Shown here: positions 53,436 through 62,752 of the stretch, piece after piece | How positions within the stretch are numbered: position 1 is the stretch's first letter | How the letters are laid out: each line of letters begins with the position of its first letter | Assembly: GCA_963851265.1 (NCBI GenBank) | Contig: CAWKNZ010000002.1 | Span: 1,248,001 to 1,312,000 of the forward strand | Source of the DNA: an uncultured Gemmatimonadales bacterium | GTDB lineage: Bacteria; Gemmatimonadota; Gemmatimonadetes; Gemmatimonadales; Gemmatimonadaceae | Length of the DNA stretch: 64,000 bases | Direction of reading: 5' to 3' | The notes under the pieces: model-generated | Seen by the model: only the letters and a program-made list of their open reading frames with translations | What the model was told of the DNA's origin: nothing | Database searches by the model: none | Made by a program: the position numbers and the translations under genes

Positions 53436-54245
53436 GTGAGTGATTACTGGACGCCCGGCGACGACGCGAACCTTCCGCGCCCACGTCGGATCATCCCGCC
53501 GCGAGAGGTCACGCACGCCGGACGCCGCGACCCGACCGCGCCGACAGACTCCGTCGTGCGCGACGTGGGCGTCGTCATCGTCGCTGCCGGAAGCGGGACG
53601 CGAGTGGGCGGTTCCGAGCTGAAACAATTCCGCTGGGTTGCCGGCCGCCCCATGCTCCTGCACAGCGTACAGACGTTCATGGCGCGCCGCGACGTGCACA
53701 CCGTCGTCGTCGTGCTGCCACGGTCCCACGCGGCCGACCCGCCGCCCTGGCTCTTTCAGTGCGACGTCGACCGCCTGCTCGTCTCCGTGGGCGGGCGCGA
53801 ACGTGCGGAAAGCGTGGCGAACGGGCTCGAGGATCTTCCGGAAGAGGTCTCGACGGTGCTCGTGCACGACGCGGCGCGCCCGCTCGTCGACGACGCGCTC
53901 ATCGGCCGCGTGATCGACGAGGCACGTCGTGGGCGCGGCGCCGTTCCGGCGCTCCCGGTGGTCGACACCATCAAGGAGGTCGACGCGGATGGGCGCATCG
54001 TCCGCACGGTCGACCGAACACGGCTCTGGCGTGCGCAGACTCCGCAGGGCTTCCCGCGTGACGCGCTCGCGCGCGCCCACGCGGAGGCACGCCGCGACCG
54101 CCGGCCGGCGACCACCGACGACGCGGCGCTGTTCGAGGGGAGCGATCTGCCGGTCGTCGTCGTCCGCGGCAGTGAACGCGCGCTGAAGGTGACGGACGAG
54201 GCCGACTTCGCCCGTGCCGAAGCGCTCAGCACGCTGACCGAGTGA
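53436..54245 (+). CDS. ispD: 2-C-methyl-D-erythritol 4-phosphate cytidylyltransferase (start uncertain)
   Basis: AAGSGTRVG, KQF, GGRERAESV, VHDAARP, AQTPQGF, TDDA, KVT. Confidence 0.93.
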   Translation: MSDYWTPGDDANLPRPRRIIPPREVTHAGRRDPTAPTDSVVRDVGVVIVAAGSGTRVGGSELKQFRWVAGRPMLLHSVQTFMARRDVHTVVVVLPRSHAADPPPWLFQCDVDRLLVSVGGRERAESVANGLEDLPEEVSTVLVHDAARPLVDDALIGRVIDEARRGRGAVPALPVVDTIKEVDADGRIVRTVDRTRLWRAQTPQGFPRDALARAHAEARRDRRPATTDDAALFEGSDLPVVVVRGSERALKVTDEADFARAEALSTLTE

Positions 54246-54294
54246 GAAGCATCGGACGCCCGACTCGTCGCGTCGCGTTCGACGTCCTCCCGGC

Positions 54295-54960
54295 GTGACG
54301 CCTCGCCCCATTCCGTTCTGGTCGCCAGCTGAGGTCGAGTCGTCGCTCCGCGGGACGATCGCGCACCTGGACGGCGGCGGCGTGGTCGCGTACCCGACCG
54401 AGACGGTGTACGGCTTCGGCACGGCCCTCGACCACGCGAGCGTCGAAACGCTGGTGCGGATGAAGCGCCGCCCGCCTGGGAAGCCCTTTCTGATCCTCAT
54501 CGACGGGAGCGCGATGCTCGACCGACTCGGCCTGCACCTCACCCCGGCCGCGTCGCGACTCGCGGCGCGCCACTGGCCTGGCCCACTGACCCTGGTGCTT
54601 CCCGGCGGCGAGCGTCGCGTACCCGGCAGACTGCGAGGACCGGAGGGCGGCGTCGCGGTGCGCTGGACCCCGCATCCGAGCCTGTCGCGCCTCATCCGCG
54701 CGTACGGCGAGCCGATCACCTCGACGAGCGCCAACCGCCCCGGCGTCCCGCCCGCGATGCGAGCCGGCGAGATCGTCGCACAGTGGTCAGACGCGATCGT
54801 CCGCGGCACGCTCCGCGTGCTCGACGGCGGTCTCATCCCCGACTCCGCGCCGTCCACCGTCGTTGATTGCATGGGGCGGTTCCCGCGCGTCATCCGCCCG
54901 GGCGCCATCGCGGCGGCGACGTTGCGCGAGAGCGTCCCGGACCTCGTGGGCGACGCGTGA
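54295..54960 (+). CDS. tsaC: L-threonylcarbamoyladenylate synthase (Sua5/YrdC)
   Basis: AYPTETVYG, KRRPPGKP, WPGPLTLV, STSAN, PSTVVD. Confidence 0.92.
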   Translation: MTPRPIPFWSPAEVESSLRGTIAHLDGGGVVAYPTETVYGFGTALDHASVETLVRMKRRPPGKPFLILIDGSAMLDRLGLHLTPAASRLAARHWPGPLTLVLPGGERRVPGRLRGPEGGVAVRWTPHPSLSRLIRAYGEPITSTSANRPGVPPAMRAGEIVAQWSDAIVRGTLRVLDGGLIPDSAPSTVVDCMGRFPRVIRPGAIAAATLRESVPDLVGDA

Positions 54961-54973
54961 GGTAACACACGTT

Positions 54974-55480
54974 ATGCGCCTCCTCTTCGTTTGCACCGGG
55001 AACACCTGCCGTAGCGCCATGGCCGAAGGGATCGCGCGAGCGATCGCGGCGGAGCGGGGCATGCACGACCTCGTCGTCGAGAGCGCTGGGACGGGCGCCG
55101 CGCCGGTTCCGCGGGATCCGTCGGTGCCCGGTCCTGGTGCCTCGGACGGGGCCCTGCTCGTGGCGCTCGAGCACGGCGTCGATATCAGCGAACACCGCGC
55201 GCGCGCGCTCACGCCAGCACTCGTCGCGCAATCGGATCTCATCCTGGCGATGGGCGGGCGACACGTCGAGCGTGTCGTCGAGATGGGCGGCGCGCGGAAG
55301 GCCCACCTGCTCACGGCGTTCGCGTCGGACGGCGCCTCGCGACGCGCGATCGAGGACCCGTTCGGCGGACCACTCGAGGCGTACCGTGCGACGTTCACCG
55401 ACCTCGATCGCGAGATTCGTCGCGCGCTCGATCGGCTCGGCGTCGTGCGCGGCCCGGACGGGAGTTCGCCCCCGAGCTGA
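54974..55480 (+). CDS. Low-molecular-weight protein phosphatase (YwlE/arginine-phosphatase-like)
   Basis: FVCTGNTCRS P-loop, SAG, DPFGG. Confidence 0.9.
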   Translation: MRLLFVCTGNTCRSAMAEGIARAIAAERGMHDLVVESAGTGAAPVPRDPSVPGPGASDGALLVALEHGVDISEHRARALTPALVAQSDLILAMGGRHVERVVEMGGARKAHLLTAFASDGASRRAIEDPFGGPLEAYRATFTDLDREIRRALDRLGVVRGPDGSSPPS

Positions 55481-55557
55481 CGCCGGCGCGCGACGTTCGG
55501 GCCCTCGCGGCAACGATTTGGCCGCGCGGGAGCCCCGATACCATGTAGGATCCGTGC

Positions 55558-56454
55558 ATGCCCGACCGCGTGCCCGCCGATCGCGTCGTCCCGCCCGCCC
55601 GCCGCCCGACGCGGCTCGTGCTCCTCGGGCACCCCGTGGCGCACTCGCTGTCGCCGACGTTCCAGAACGCGGCGCTCGACGCCGCGTCGATCCCGCTCCG
55701 CTACGAGATCCTCGACGTGCCGCCGCGAGACCTCGCTCGCACGGTCGATCGGCTGCGCGCCTCCGGCGCCGCGGGCAACGCCACGGTGCCGCACAAGGCG
55801 GGCGCGCTCGCCGTCTGCGACCGCGTCACGGACGTCGCGGCCACGCTCGGCGCGGTCAACACCTTCTGGTGCGCCGATGACGGCGCGCTCGTCGGCGACA
55901 ATACCGACGCGGCCGGTGCCGTCGCCGCGCTCTCGACCGTCCTGCGGCGCGCCGGCGAACGCCCGCCCGCACGCGTCGCGGTGCTCGGCGCGGGCGGCGC
56001 GGCCGCGGCCCTCATCGCGGCGGTCGGAGTCGTGCTTCCGCGCGCGGCGGTCGGCGTGTGGGCGCGCGGCGCCGAGCGCGCCGCCGCGTTGGTCGCGCGG
56101 TTCGACGAGCGCGCGACGGTCGCGCCGACGCTCGACGCCGCGTTAGGCGACGCACAGGTCGTCGTGAACGCGACCCCCCTCGGACTCGCGGCCGGCGATG
56201 TCTTCCCGTGCCCGATCGAAGCGCTGGCACCGGGCGCGATCGTGCTGGACCTCGTGTACGGCGCCGCCGAGACTGCGTGGGTCCGTGCGGCGCGCGCCGC
56301 CGGGTACGACGCCAGCGATGGGCTGGTGATGCTGGTCGAGCAGGGGGCTGCCGCGTTCACGCGCTGGTTCGGGCGCTCGCCCGACCGCGCGCGCATGTGG
56401 GCCGCCGTACAGCTGCGAACGGGCCGCACGCCCCCGAACCCGCCCGCCGCGTGA
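55558..56454 (+). CDS. aroE: Shikimate dehydrogenase
   Basis: GHPVAHSLSP, NATVPHK, GAVNT, GDNTD, GAGGAA, NATPLG, DLVY, MLVEQG. Confidence 0.95.
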   Translation: MPDRVPADRVVPPARRPTRLVLLGHPVAHSLSPTFQNAALDAASIPLRYEILDVPPRDLARTVDRLRASGAAGNATVPHKAGALAVCDRVTDVAATLGAVNTFWCADDGALVGDNTDAAGAVAALSTVLRRAGERPPARVAVLGAGGAAAALIAAVGVVLPRAAVGVWARGAERAAALVARFDERATVAPTLDAALGDAQVVVNATPLGLAAGDVFPCPIEALAPGAIVLDLVYGAAETAWVRAARAAGYDASDGLVMLVEQGAAAFTRWFGRSPDRARMWAAVQLRTGRTPPNPPAA

Positions 56455-57233
56455 CACACGGCGGGCTCACGCTCGACGGAGCCGGTAGGATCGGGCGGCG
56501 GCTTGCCGGGCATCTGGTCGACTTCGTGCTCCCAGGGGCGTGCATCACCTGCGATGCGCCGATTCCGATCACGACGGCAGGTGGGATCATGTGCGGACGG
56601 TGTTGGGCCGGAGTTCCCTGGCTGCCGCACCCCCGATGTGACCGGTGCGGCCATCCACGCCGCGTCGGCATCGCGTCCGGCTCCGCCGCGTGCGCCTGGT
56701 GCGCCCTGCTGCCGCCCTACGTGCGGGCGTGCCGCTCCACGTGCTGGGTTCCCGATGGGGCCGGCGGCGAGATCGTCCGCGCGCTCAAATACGGAGGATG
56801 GCGCGTGGCCGCGCACGCGATCGGTACGCGGGTCGGTGCGGTCGCCTGGCCGGACGACGTCACGACCGAACGTGTCGCCGCCGTTCCCGTTCCGCTCGGC
56901 GCCGGGCGCCTGCGCGAACGCGGCTACAACCAGGCGAGCCTCGTGGCGCACGCGGCCGCGCCGCACTGGGATGTGCCCGTGTGGGACGACGTCCTGATAC
57001 GTGCGCGTGCGACGCGCGCACAAGCGCGGTTGACACCGGGGGACCGTTTGACGAACGTTGCCGGCGCTTTCCGGGTTGCGGACGGTGTTCAGGCCCGAAT
57101 CCGCGGCGCTCATCTCATACTCGTGGATGACGTGGTCACCACGGCCGCCACGCTGAACGCCTGCGCCGCCGCGCTCGTCGCGGGCGGCGCGCGCGTGGTG
57201 AGTTACGCGACGTTCGGGCGCGCCTGGTCCTGA
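56451..57233 (+). CDS. comF: ComF-family protein (zinc ribbon plus PRTase)
   Basis: Multiple CxxC, LKY, VPVP, RERGYNQA, LVDDVVTTAATL. Confidence 0.9.
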   Translation: MTHGGLTLDGAGRIGRRLAGHLVDFVLPGACITCDAPIPITTAGGIMCGRCWAGVPWLPHPRCDRCGHPRRVGIASGSAACAWCALLPPYVRACRSTCWVPDGAGGEIVRALKYGGWRVAAHAIGTRVGAVAWPDDVTTERVAAVPVPLGAGRLRERGYNQASLVAHAAAPHWDVPVWDDVLIRARATRAQARLTPGDRLTNVAGAFRVADGVQARIRGAHLILVDDVVTTAATLNACAAALVAGGARVVSYATFGRAWS

Positions 57234-57296
57234 ACCGTTCCGCGCGCCACCCACCCGGTCGTCCGTCACGTTCCCCGACTGCAGGAGTGTTCCGCG

Positions 57297-58310
57297 ATGG
57301 CTATTCGCGTCGGCATCAACGGTTTTGGCCGCATCGGCCGGCAGGTCCTCCGCGCTGCCAAGCAGCAGGGCGTCGCGGACCTCGAGTTCGTGGCGGTCAA
57401 TGACCTCACGGATACCAAGACGCTCGCCCACCTCTTCAAGTACGACTCGGTGCACCGCACCTACGAGGGGCAGGTCGAGGCGGGTGAGGGGAGCGTCACG
57501 ATCGACGGCCAGGCGCTCAAGATTTTCGCAGAACGCGACCCGGCCAAGCTGCCGTGGGGCGACCTCGGCGTCGACATCGTGCTCGAGTCGACCGGCCGGT
57601 TCACCGACGCCGACAAGGCCGAAGCGCACCGGCAGGCCGGCGCGAAGAAGGTGATCATCTCGGCCCCTGCGAAGGGCGAGGACATCACCATCGTGATGGG
57701 CGTGAACTCGGACAAGTACGACGCCGCGTCGCACAACATCATCTCGAACGCGTCGTGCACGACTAACTGCCTCGTGCCGATGGTGAAGGTCCTGCAGGAC
57801 GCCGTCGGCATCCGGCACGCGACGATGGTGACGATCCACAGCTACACGAATGACCAGTCGATCCTCGACCAGCCGCACAAGGATCTCCGGCGCGCCCGCG
57901 CCGCGGCGTTGTCGATGATCCCGACGACGACCGGGGCGGCGAAGGCGACGTCGCTCGTCCTCCCCGAGATGAAGGGGAAGATCGACGGCGTCTCGATTCG
58001 CGTGCCGACGCCGGACGTGTCGATCACGGAGCTCGTCGTCGAAGCCGAGCGCGCGACGACCATCGAGCAGGTCAACGCCGCGTTCCGGGCCGCGGCCGAC
58101 GGCGCGCTCGCGGGCATCCTGCAGTACTCGACAGAGCCGCTGGTCTCGAGCGATTACATCGGCAACCCGCACTCGTGCATCGTCGACGCGCTCTCCACCA
58201 ACGTCATCGACGGCACGATGGTGAAGGCGTCGGGGTGGTACGACAACGAGTGGGGCTACTCGTCGCGCTGCGTCGACCTGCTCCGCTTCGTCGGCGCGCG
58301 GCTGAGCTGA
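57297..58310 (+). CDS. gap: Glyceraldehyde-3-phosphate dehydrogenase type I
   Basis: [35 protein letters not shown]. Confidence 0.98.
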   Translation: MAIRVGINGFGRIGRQVLRAAKQQGVADLEFVAVNDLTDTKTLAHLFKYDSVHRTYEGQVEAGEGSVTIDGQALKIFAERDPAKLPWGDLGVDIVLESTGRFTDADKAEAHRQAGAKKVIISAPAKGEDITIVMGVNSDKYDAASHNIISNASCTTNCLVPMVKVLQDAVGIRHATMVTIHSYTNDQSILDQPHKDLRRARAAALSMIPTTTGAAKATSLVLPEMKGKIDGVSIRVPTPDVSITELVVEAERATTIEQVNAAFRAAADGALAGILQYSTEPLVSSDYIGNPHSCIVDALSTNVIDGTMVKASGWYDNEWGYSSRCVDLLRFVGARLS

Positions 58311-58323
58311 CCGGCCGACCGCG

Positions 58324-59523
58324 ATGAAAAAGAAGACCGTCCGCGACCTGACTGACGCCGACCTGCGCGGACGGCGCGCGCTCGTGCGCGTCGACTTCAA
58401 CGTGCCGCTCGACTCGGCCGGGCACGTGACCGACGACACGCGGATCCGCGCCGCGATCCCGACGATCGATTACCTCCGGGACCGCGGCGCGAAGGTCGTC
58501 CTGCTCTCGCATCTCGGCCGGCCAAAGGCGGCGCCCGAGGCGAAGTACTCGCTGCAGCCCGTGGCGAATCGGCTCGCCGAGCTCATGCCCGCCGCTCGCG
58601 TGGACTTCTGCGAGACCACCGATACGGACGACGCCGTGCAGGCGTCGGAGCGGGTGCCCGACGGCGCGGTGCTGCTGCTCGAGAACACGCGGTTCCTGCC
58701 CGGCGAGGAATCGAATGACGAGCGCCTCGCGCGCGAGCTGGCCAAGCTCGGCGACGTGTACGTCAATGACGCGTTCGGGGCGGCCCACCGCGCCCACGCC
58801 TCGACCGAGGGTGTCGCGCATCTGGTGCACCCGGCGGTGGCCGGCCTGCTGATGGAGAAGGAGCTCGCATACCTCGGCGCGGCACTCGCCAACCCCGAGC
58901 GTCCCTTCGTCGCGATCCTGGGCGGCGCGAAGATCTCCGGCAAGCTCGACGTCATCGCGCAGCTGCTACCCAAGGTCGACAGGCTGTTGATCGGCGGTGC
59001 GATGGCGAACACGTTCTTCCGCGCGATGGGCCTCGAGACGGGCGGCTCGCTCGTCGAGCCCGATCGGGTCGACCTCGCACGCGAGCTCTCACGCACCGCT
59101 GGGGAACGGCTCGAACTCCCCGTCGATGCGATGGTCGCCCCCACGCTCGCGGCCACCGCCGAGGCGCACGTGGTCGCGCGCGACGCCATTCCCCCGGGCG
59201 AGGCGATGTTCGACGTCGGCCCGGCGACGGTGCGCGAGTTCGGCGAGGCCGTCCGCGGCGCTCGCACGGTGCTCTGGAACGGCCCGATGGGCGTCTTCGA
59301 GACGCCCCCGTTCGACGCCGGTACGTTAGGCATTGCGCACGCGCTCGCCGACGCGACGCGCGCCGGCGCGACCACGATCGTCGGCGGCGGAGACTCCGCC
59401 GCCGCGATCGTGCAGGCGGGACTCGACTCGGCCGTCACGCACGTATCCACCGGCGGCGGCGCCTCGCTGGAGTTCCTCGAAGGCAAGACGCTGCCCGGCG
59501 TCGCCGCGCTCGACGACGCGTGA
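58324..59523 (+). CDS. pgk: Phosphoglycerate kinase
   Basis: [40 protein letters not shown]. Confidence 0.98.
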   Translation: MKKKTVRDLTDADLRGRRALVRVDFNVPLDSAGHVTDDTRIRAAIPTIDYLRDRGAKVVLLSHLGRPKAAPEAKYSLQPVANRLAELMPAARVDFCETTDTDDAVQASERVPDGAVLLLENTRFLPGEESNDERLARELAKLGDVYVNDAFGAAHRAHASTEGVAHLVHPAVAGLLMEKELAYLGAALANPERPFVAILGGAKISGKLDVIAQLLPKVDRLLIGGAMANTFFRAMGLETGGSLVEPDRVDLARELSRTAGERLELPVDAMVAPTLAATAEAHVVARDAIPPGEAMFDVGPATVREFGEAVRGARTVLWNGPMGVFETPPFDAGTLGIAHALADATRAGATTIVGGGDSAAAIVQAGLDSAVTHVSTGGGASLEFLEGKTLPGVAALDDA

Positions 59524-59529
59524 CCTGAG

Positions 59530-60279
59530 ATGCTCAAGCCGATCTTCGCCGCCAACTGGAAGATGAACCACGGGCCGACCGACGCCCGCGCGTTCATGCG
59601 CTCGTTCCTCGCGCAGGCCCCACGCGGCGACGGGCGCACCATCGCGTTCTTCCCCCCGGCGATCACGCTCCACACCGTGGTGAACGCGCTGCACGACCGC
59701 CCCGAGATCCTCGTCGGCGTGCAAAACGTGCACGAGGAGGCCGCGGGCGCCTACACCGGGGAGATCTCCGCCGGGATGGCACGCGACGCCGGCGCGCGCC
59801 TCGTCCTTGTCGGACACTCCGAGCGGCGGCACGTGTTCGGCGAGACTGACGCGCAAACGGCGAAGAAGTGCGAGCTCGTCGCACGCGCGGGGCTGATTCC
59901 GATGCTGTGCGTCGGCGAAACGCTGAGCGAGCGCGAAGCCGGATTGACGGACCAGGTCGTCGTCCGGCAGCTCACGGCCGCCATCGCCGGCCTCGATACG
60001 GCGCACATCGGGACGATGCTTGTCGCGTACGAGCCGGTGTGGGCCATCGGCACCGGGCGAAACGCCAGCGCGGAGGACGCGGCCGCGGTGCACGCGGCGA
60101 TCCGAGCGGCGCTGCGGGAACGCGTCGGCGACCGCGCGGCGGTGATGCCCATTCTGTACGGCGGAAGCGTCAACCGTGGCAACGCCCGCCTCCTCATCGG
60201 CGCCCCCGACGTCGACGGGCTGCTCGTCGGCGGCGCCAGCCTCGACCCGGGGAACTGGGCGGCGATCGTCCAGGACTGA
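59530..60279 (+). CDS. tpiA: Triosephosphate isomerase
   Basis: ANWKMN, GHSERR, AYEPVWAIGTG, YGGSV, LVGGASL. Confidence 0.98.
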   Translation: MLKPIFAANWKMNHGPTDARAFMRSFLAQAPRGDGRTIAFFPPAITLHTVVNALHDRPEILVGVQNVHEEAAGAYTGEISAGMARDAGARLVLVGHSERRHVFGETDAQTAKKCELVARAGLIPMLCVGETLSEREAGLTDQVVVRQLTAAIAGLDTAHIGTMLVAYEPVWAIGTGRNASAEDAAAVHAAIRAALRERVGDRAAVMPILYGGSVNRGNARLLIGAPDVDGLLVGGASLDPGNWAAIVQD

Positions 60280-60401
60280 ACCGACTCGCGATGGGGCGGT
60301 TCGGCTCGGCGCGGGGCACGCGGTTGGTCGCGCGTCCCGCGTCGCGTAGCTTTCGGAGGCGCGCCGCCCGGCGTGCCCCCTAATACCGACTCGGGACCCC
60401 G

Positions 60402-60836
60402 ATGTATACGCTGCTGTTCACGTTGCTGGTTCTCGTTTGCCTCGTGCTGATCGCTGCCGTCCTGCTGCAGGCGGGGAGGGGCAACGGCCTCGCCTCGAGC
60501 TTCGGGGGCGCCAGCTCCACCGCGGAGTCGGTCCTCGGGACCCGGCAGGCGGGAAACCTGCTCACACGTACGACGTGGTGGGCCGGCGGCCTGTTCGTCG
60601 GTCTCGCGTTTCTGCTCAGCGTGATGGGCGCACGTCAGCGCGCGCCACGTTCGGTGCTCGACAATTCGTTCGCGCCCGCGCGTTCGAGCGCGCCCGCGTC
60701 CACGGGCCCGGCGGGTTCCCCTGCCGGCGGGCCCACCGCCGCGCCGGCCGTTCCGCTGACGCCGGCTGCCCCGGCCGCGCCAGCCGGGTCGCCGGCGGGC
60801 GCGACCGCGCCGAGCGGCGCCGCGCCGCGCCGCTGA
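60402..60836 (+). CDS. secG: Preprotein translocase subunit SecG
   Basis: VLLQAGRGNGLASSFGG, LTRTT; two TM segments; follows tpiA. Confidence 0.92.
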   Translation: MYTLLFTLLVLVCLVLIAAVLLQAGRGNGLASSFGGASSTAESVLGTRQAGNLLTRTTWWAGGLFVGLAFLLSVMGARQRAPRSVLDNSFAPARSSAPASTGPAGSPAGGPTAAPAVPLTPAAPAAPAGSPAGATAPSGAAPRR

Positions 60837-60847
60837 GCGGGCCCGAC

Positions 60848-61963
60848 GTGGCCGAAGTGGCGCGCGAGGGGGTTCTGCTCCTCGAAGACGGGACGCAGTT
60901 TCGCGGCGAGATCGTCGGCCCGGACGGGCCGACCGTCGCCGAGGTGGTGTTCACGACCAACATGACGGGGTATCAGGAGGTGTTCTCCGACCCGTCCTAC
61001 CGCGGGCAGATCGTCGTGATGACCGCGCCGATGATCGGGAACTACGGCGTGAACGCCGACGATCCCGAGTCGGCCGAGCCGCAAGTCTCGGGTGTCGTCG
61101 TGCGCGAACTCTCGCCCACGTACTCCAACTGGCGCGCCCGCGGCTCGTTAGCGGACTGGCTGGCCGGCGCGAACGTGCCCGTGTTGACCGGGGTCGATAC
61201 GCGGCGCCTCACACGGCACCTGCGCAGCGTCGGCGTGATGCGCGGGGTGATCGCGCTCGGGCGCGACGCGAACCCGGAAGCGCGCGCGGCGCTCGAGGCG
61301 TGTCCCTCGATGGAGGGCCTCGACCTCGCGAGCCGCGTCAGCACGCGCGCGCCGTATGTGTGGGGCAACCCGCGCGCCGACCGCCACATCGTGGCGTACG
61401 ACTACGGCATCAAGCGCAACATCCTGCGTCTATTCGACGACCACGGCTGCCGCGTGACGGTCGTGCCGTCCGACACGCCTCCCGAAGCGGTGCTCGAGCG
61501 TGATCCCGACGGTGTGTTCCTCGCGAACGGGCCCGGTGACCCCGCGGCGGTCGGATACGCGCCGGCGGCCATCCGGACGATCGCCGAACGCGGCGTTCCG
61601 GTGTTCGGCATCTGCCTCGGACACCAGCTGCTCGGCCTAACGTTCGGCGGCAGCACGACCAAGATGCCTTACGGTCACCGCGGCGGGAATCACCCGGTCA
61701 AGGACCTCGCGACGGGCAGCGTGCTCATCACCTCGCAGAACCACGGTTTCGCGGTTACCGGCGACGAGCACGGTGTCGCGGGCGCGACGGCGTTACGCGT
61801 CACCCACGTCAATCTGAACGACGGCAGCGTCGAAGGGCTCGCGCATCGTGAGCTGCCCGTGTTCGGCGTCCAGTACCACCCCGAGGCCGCGCCCGGCCCG
61901 CACGATGGACGTCCGGTGTTCGACGATTTTCTGGCGGCGGTGCGCGCCCGACGTAGCGGCTGA
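60848..61963 (+). CDS. carA: Carbamoyl-phosphate synthase small subunit
   Basis: LLLEDG, TNMTGYQE, DPSY, NGPGDP, GICLGHQL, SQNHGF, QYHPEAAPGP. Confidence 0.97.
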   Translation: MAEVAREGVLLLEDGTQFRGEIVGPDGPTVAEVVFTTNMTGYQEVFSDPSYRGQIVVMTAPMIGNYGVNADDPESAEPQVSGVVVRELSPTYSNWRARGSLADWLAGANVPVLTGVDTRRLTRHLRSVGVMRGVIALGRDANPEARAALEACPSMEGLDLASRVSTRAPYVWGNPRADRHIVAYDYGIKRNILRLFDDHGCRVTVVPSDTPPEAVLERDPDGVFLANGPGDPAAVGYAPAAIRTIAERGVPVFGICLGHQLLGLTFGGSTTKMPYGHRGGNHPVKDLATGSVLITSQNHGFAVTGDEHGVAGATALRVTHVNLNDGSVEGLAHRELPVFGVQYHPEAAPGPHDGRPVFDDFLAAVRARRSG

Positions 61964-62000
61964 GCCACCTCCGGACGAGCGCCCGACGCGAGCCAACCTC

Positions 62001-62029
62001 TTGACCTACAACGAGTAAGCTCGTACGTT
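62001..62029 (+). promoter_or_regulatory. Sigma70-type promoter upstream of the HU gene
   Basis: TTGACC 62001-62006, 17-nt spacer, TACGTT 62024-62029. Confidence 0.65.
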
Positions 62030-62151
62030 CGGGGCGTGTCCGGGCTTCGCCGTCGCGACCCGGCGCGCCGTTCCGGCGGTTCCGACGCGGGTGTTCCCTG
62101 GTCGGGACTGGCACCGCGTGTCGGCCGCGAGACCGTAGCCAGAGAGCTGGG

Positions 62152-62499
62152 ATGACCAAAGCCGACCTCGTCGAGTTGGTGACCGCCGCGATGGCCCGTA
62201 CCGCGGGCCCGACGATCTCGAAGAAGGACTGTGCGCGCGTGGTCGACACGTTCCTCGACGCGATCAAGGACGCGCTCCACGAGCAGCGCAACATCGAGGT
62301 CCGCGGCTTCGGCACGTTCAAGATCCGTCAGCGTAAGACGCGAATGGCGCGAAATCCTCGGACCGGCTCGCCAGTCGAGGTGTCCGCCCGGCCGGTGCCG
62401 GTTTTCAAGCCGTCCAAGGAACTGCGCGCACTCGTCGCTGGCGTCGACGTGTCCGTGATCGAACACGAGATGGAGCACGAGACCGAAACGGTGGACTGA
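62152..62499 (+). CDS. HU/IHF family DNA-binding protein
   Basis: MTKADLV, IEVRGFGTF, RMARNPRTG, PVFKPSKEL. Confidence 0.93.
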   Translation: MTKADLVELVTAAMARTAGPTISKKDCARVVDTFLDAIKDALHEQRNIEVRGFGTFKIRQRKTRMARNPRTGSPVEVSARPVPVFKPSKELRALVAGVDVSVIEHEMEHETETVD

Positions 62500-62632
62500 C
62501 GCACGCGTCGACGCCGTCCACCCGAGCCCGCTCGATCGCGTAATACGAGCGATGCGCGTCGACGGGATCGCGCGACCGTACGGCTGAGCTGCACGTTCGC
62601 ACGAGGCGATGCGCGAAGATGTGCGATGAAGG

Positions 62633-62659
62633 GAACGGCCCCGCACTCCGGGGCCGTTC
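62633..62659. terminator. Hairpin between HU and mdh, possible terminator
   Basis: GAACGGCCCC-gcactcc-GGGGCCGTTC 10-bp stem; weak U-tract. Confidence 0.4.
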
Positions 62660-62752
62660 GTCGTGTGTGGCCGTGCGGCGTCCGTTGCTGCCCCCCAGCA
62701 CGGCCGATAGCTTGGCGAAGCTGGCCGCGCACCCTCACACGCCTCGCCTGAC

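Larger units (their letters stand above)
2752..61642. repeat. Dispersed octamer CGTTAGGC/GCCTAACG, at least 20 exact copies
   Basis: + copies at 2752, 4769, 7043, 16937, 18225, 20578, 21391, 22892, 26441, 35513, 42895, 56141, 59324; reverse copies at 5300, 35999, 37183, 42322, 44389, 52011, 61635. Confidence 0.85.

Noticed and set aside
242..55050. Frequent GCGATCGC (cyanobacterial HIP1 word)
   Set aside because: Largely explained by preferred codons GCG-ATC-GCN (Ala-Ile-Ala) in CG-rich DNA; not supportable without a codon-aware count.
2752..59331. bldA-like TTA-codon regulation as the explanation for the TTA codons
   Set aside because: The TTAs lie in housekeeping genes in one fixed nucleotide context, and the same word occurs on the opposite strand, in other frames and intergenically.
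60848..61963. carA without adjacent carB; ispD without ispF; trpE/G/D not in the window
   Set aside because: Split operons are common and the partners may lie outside the window.
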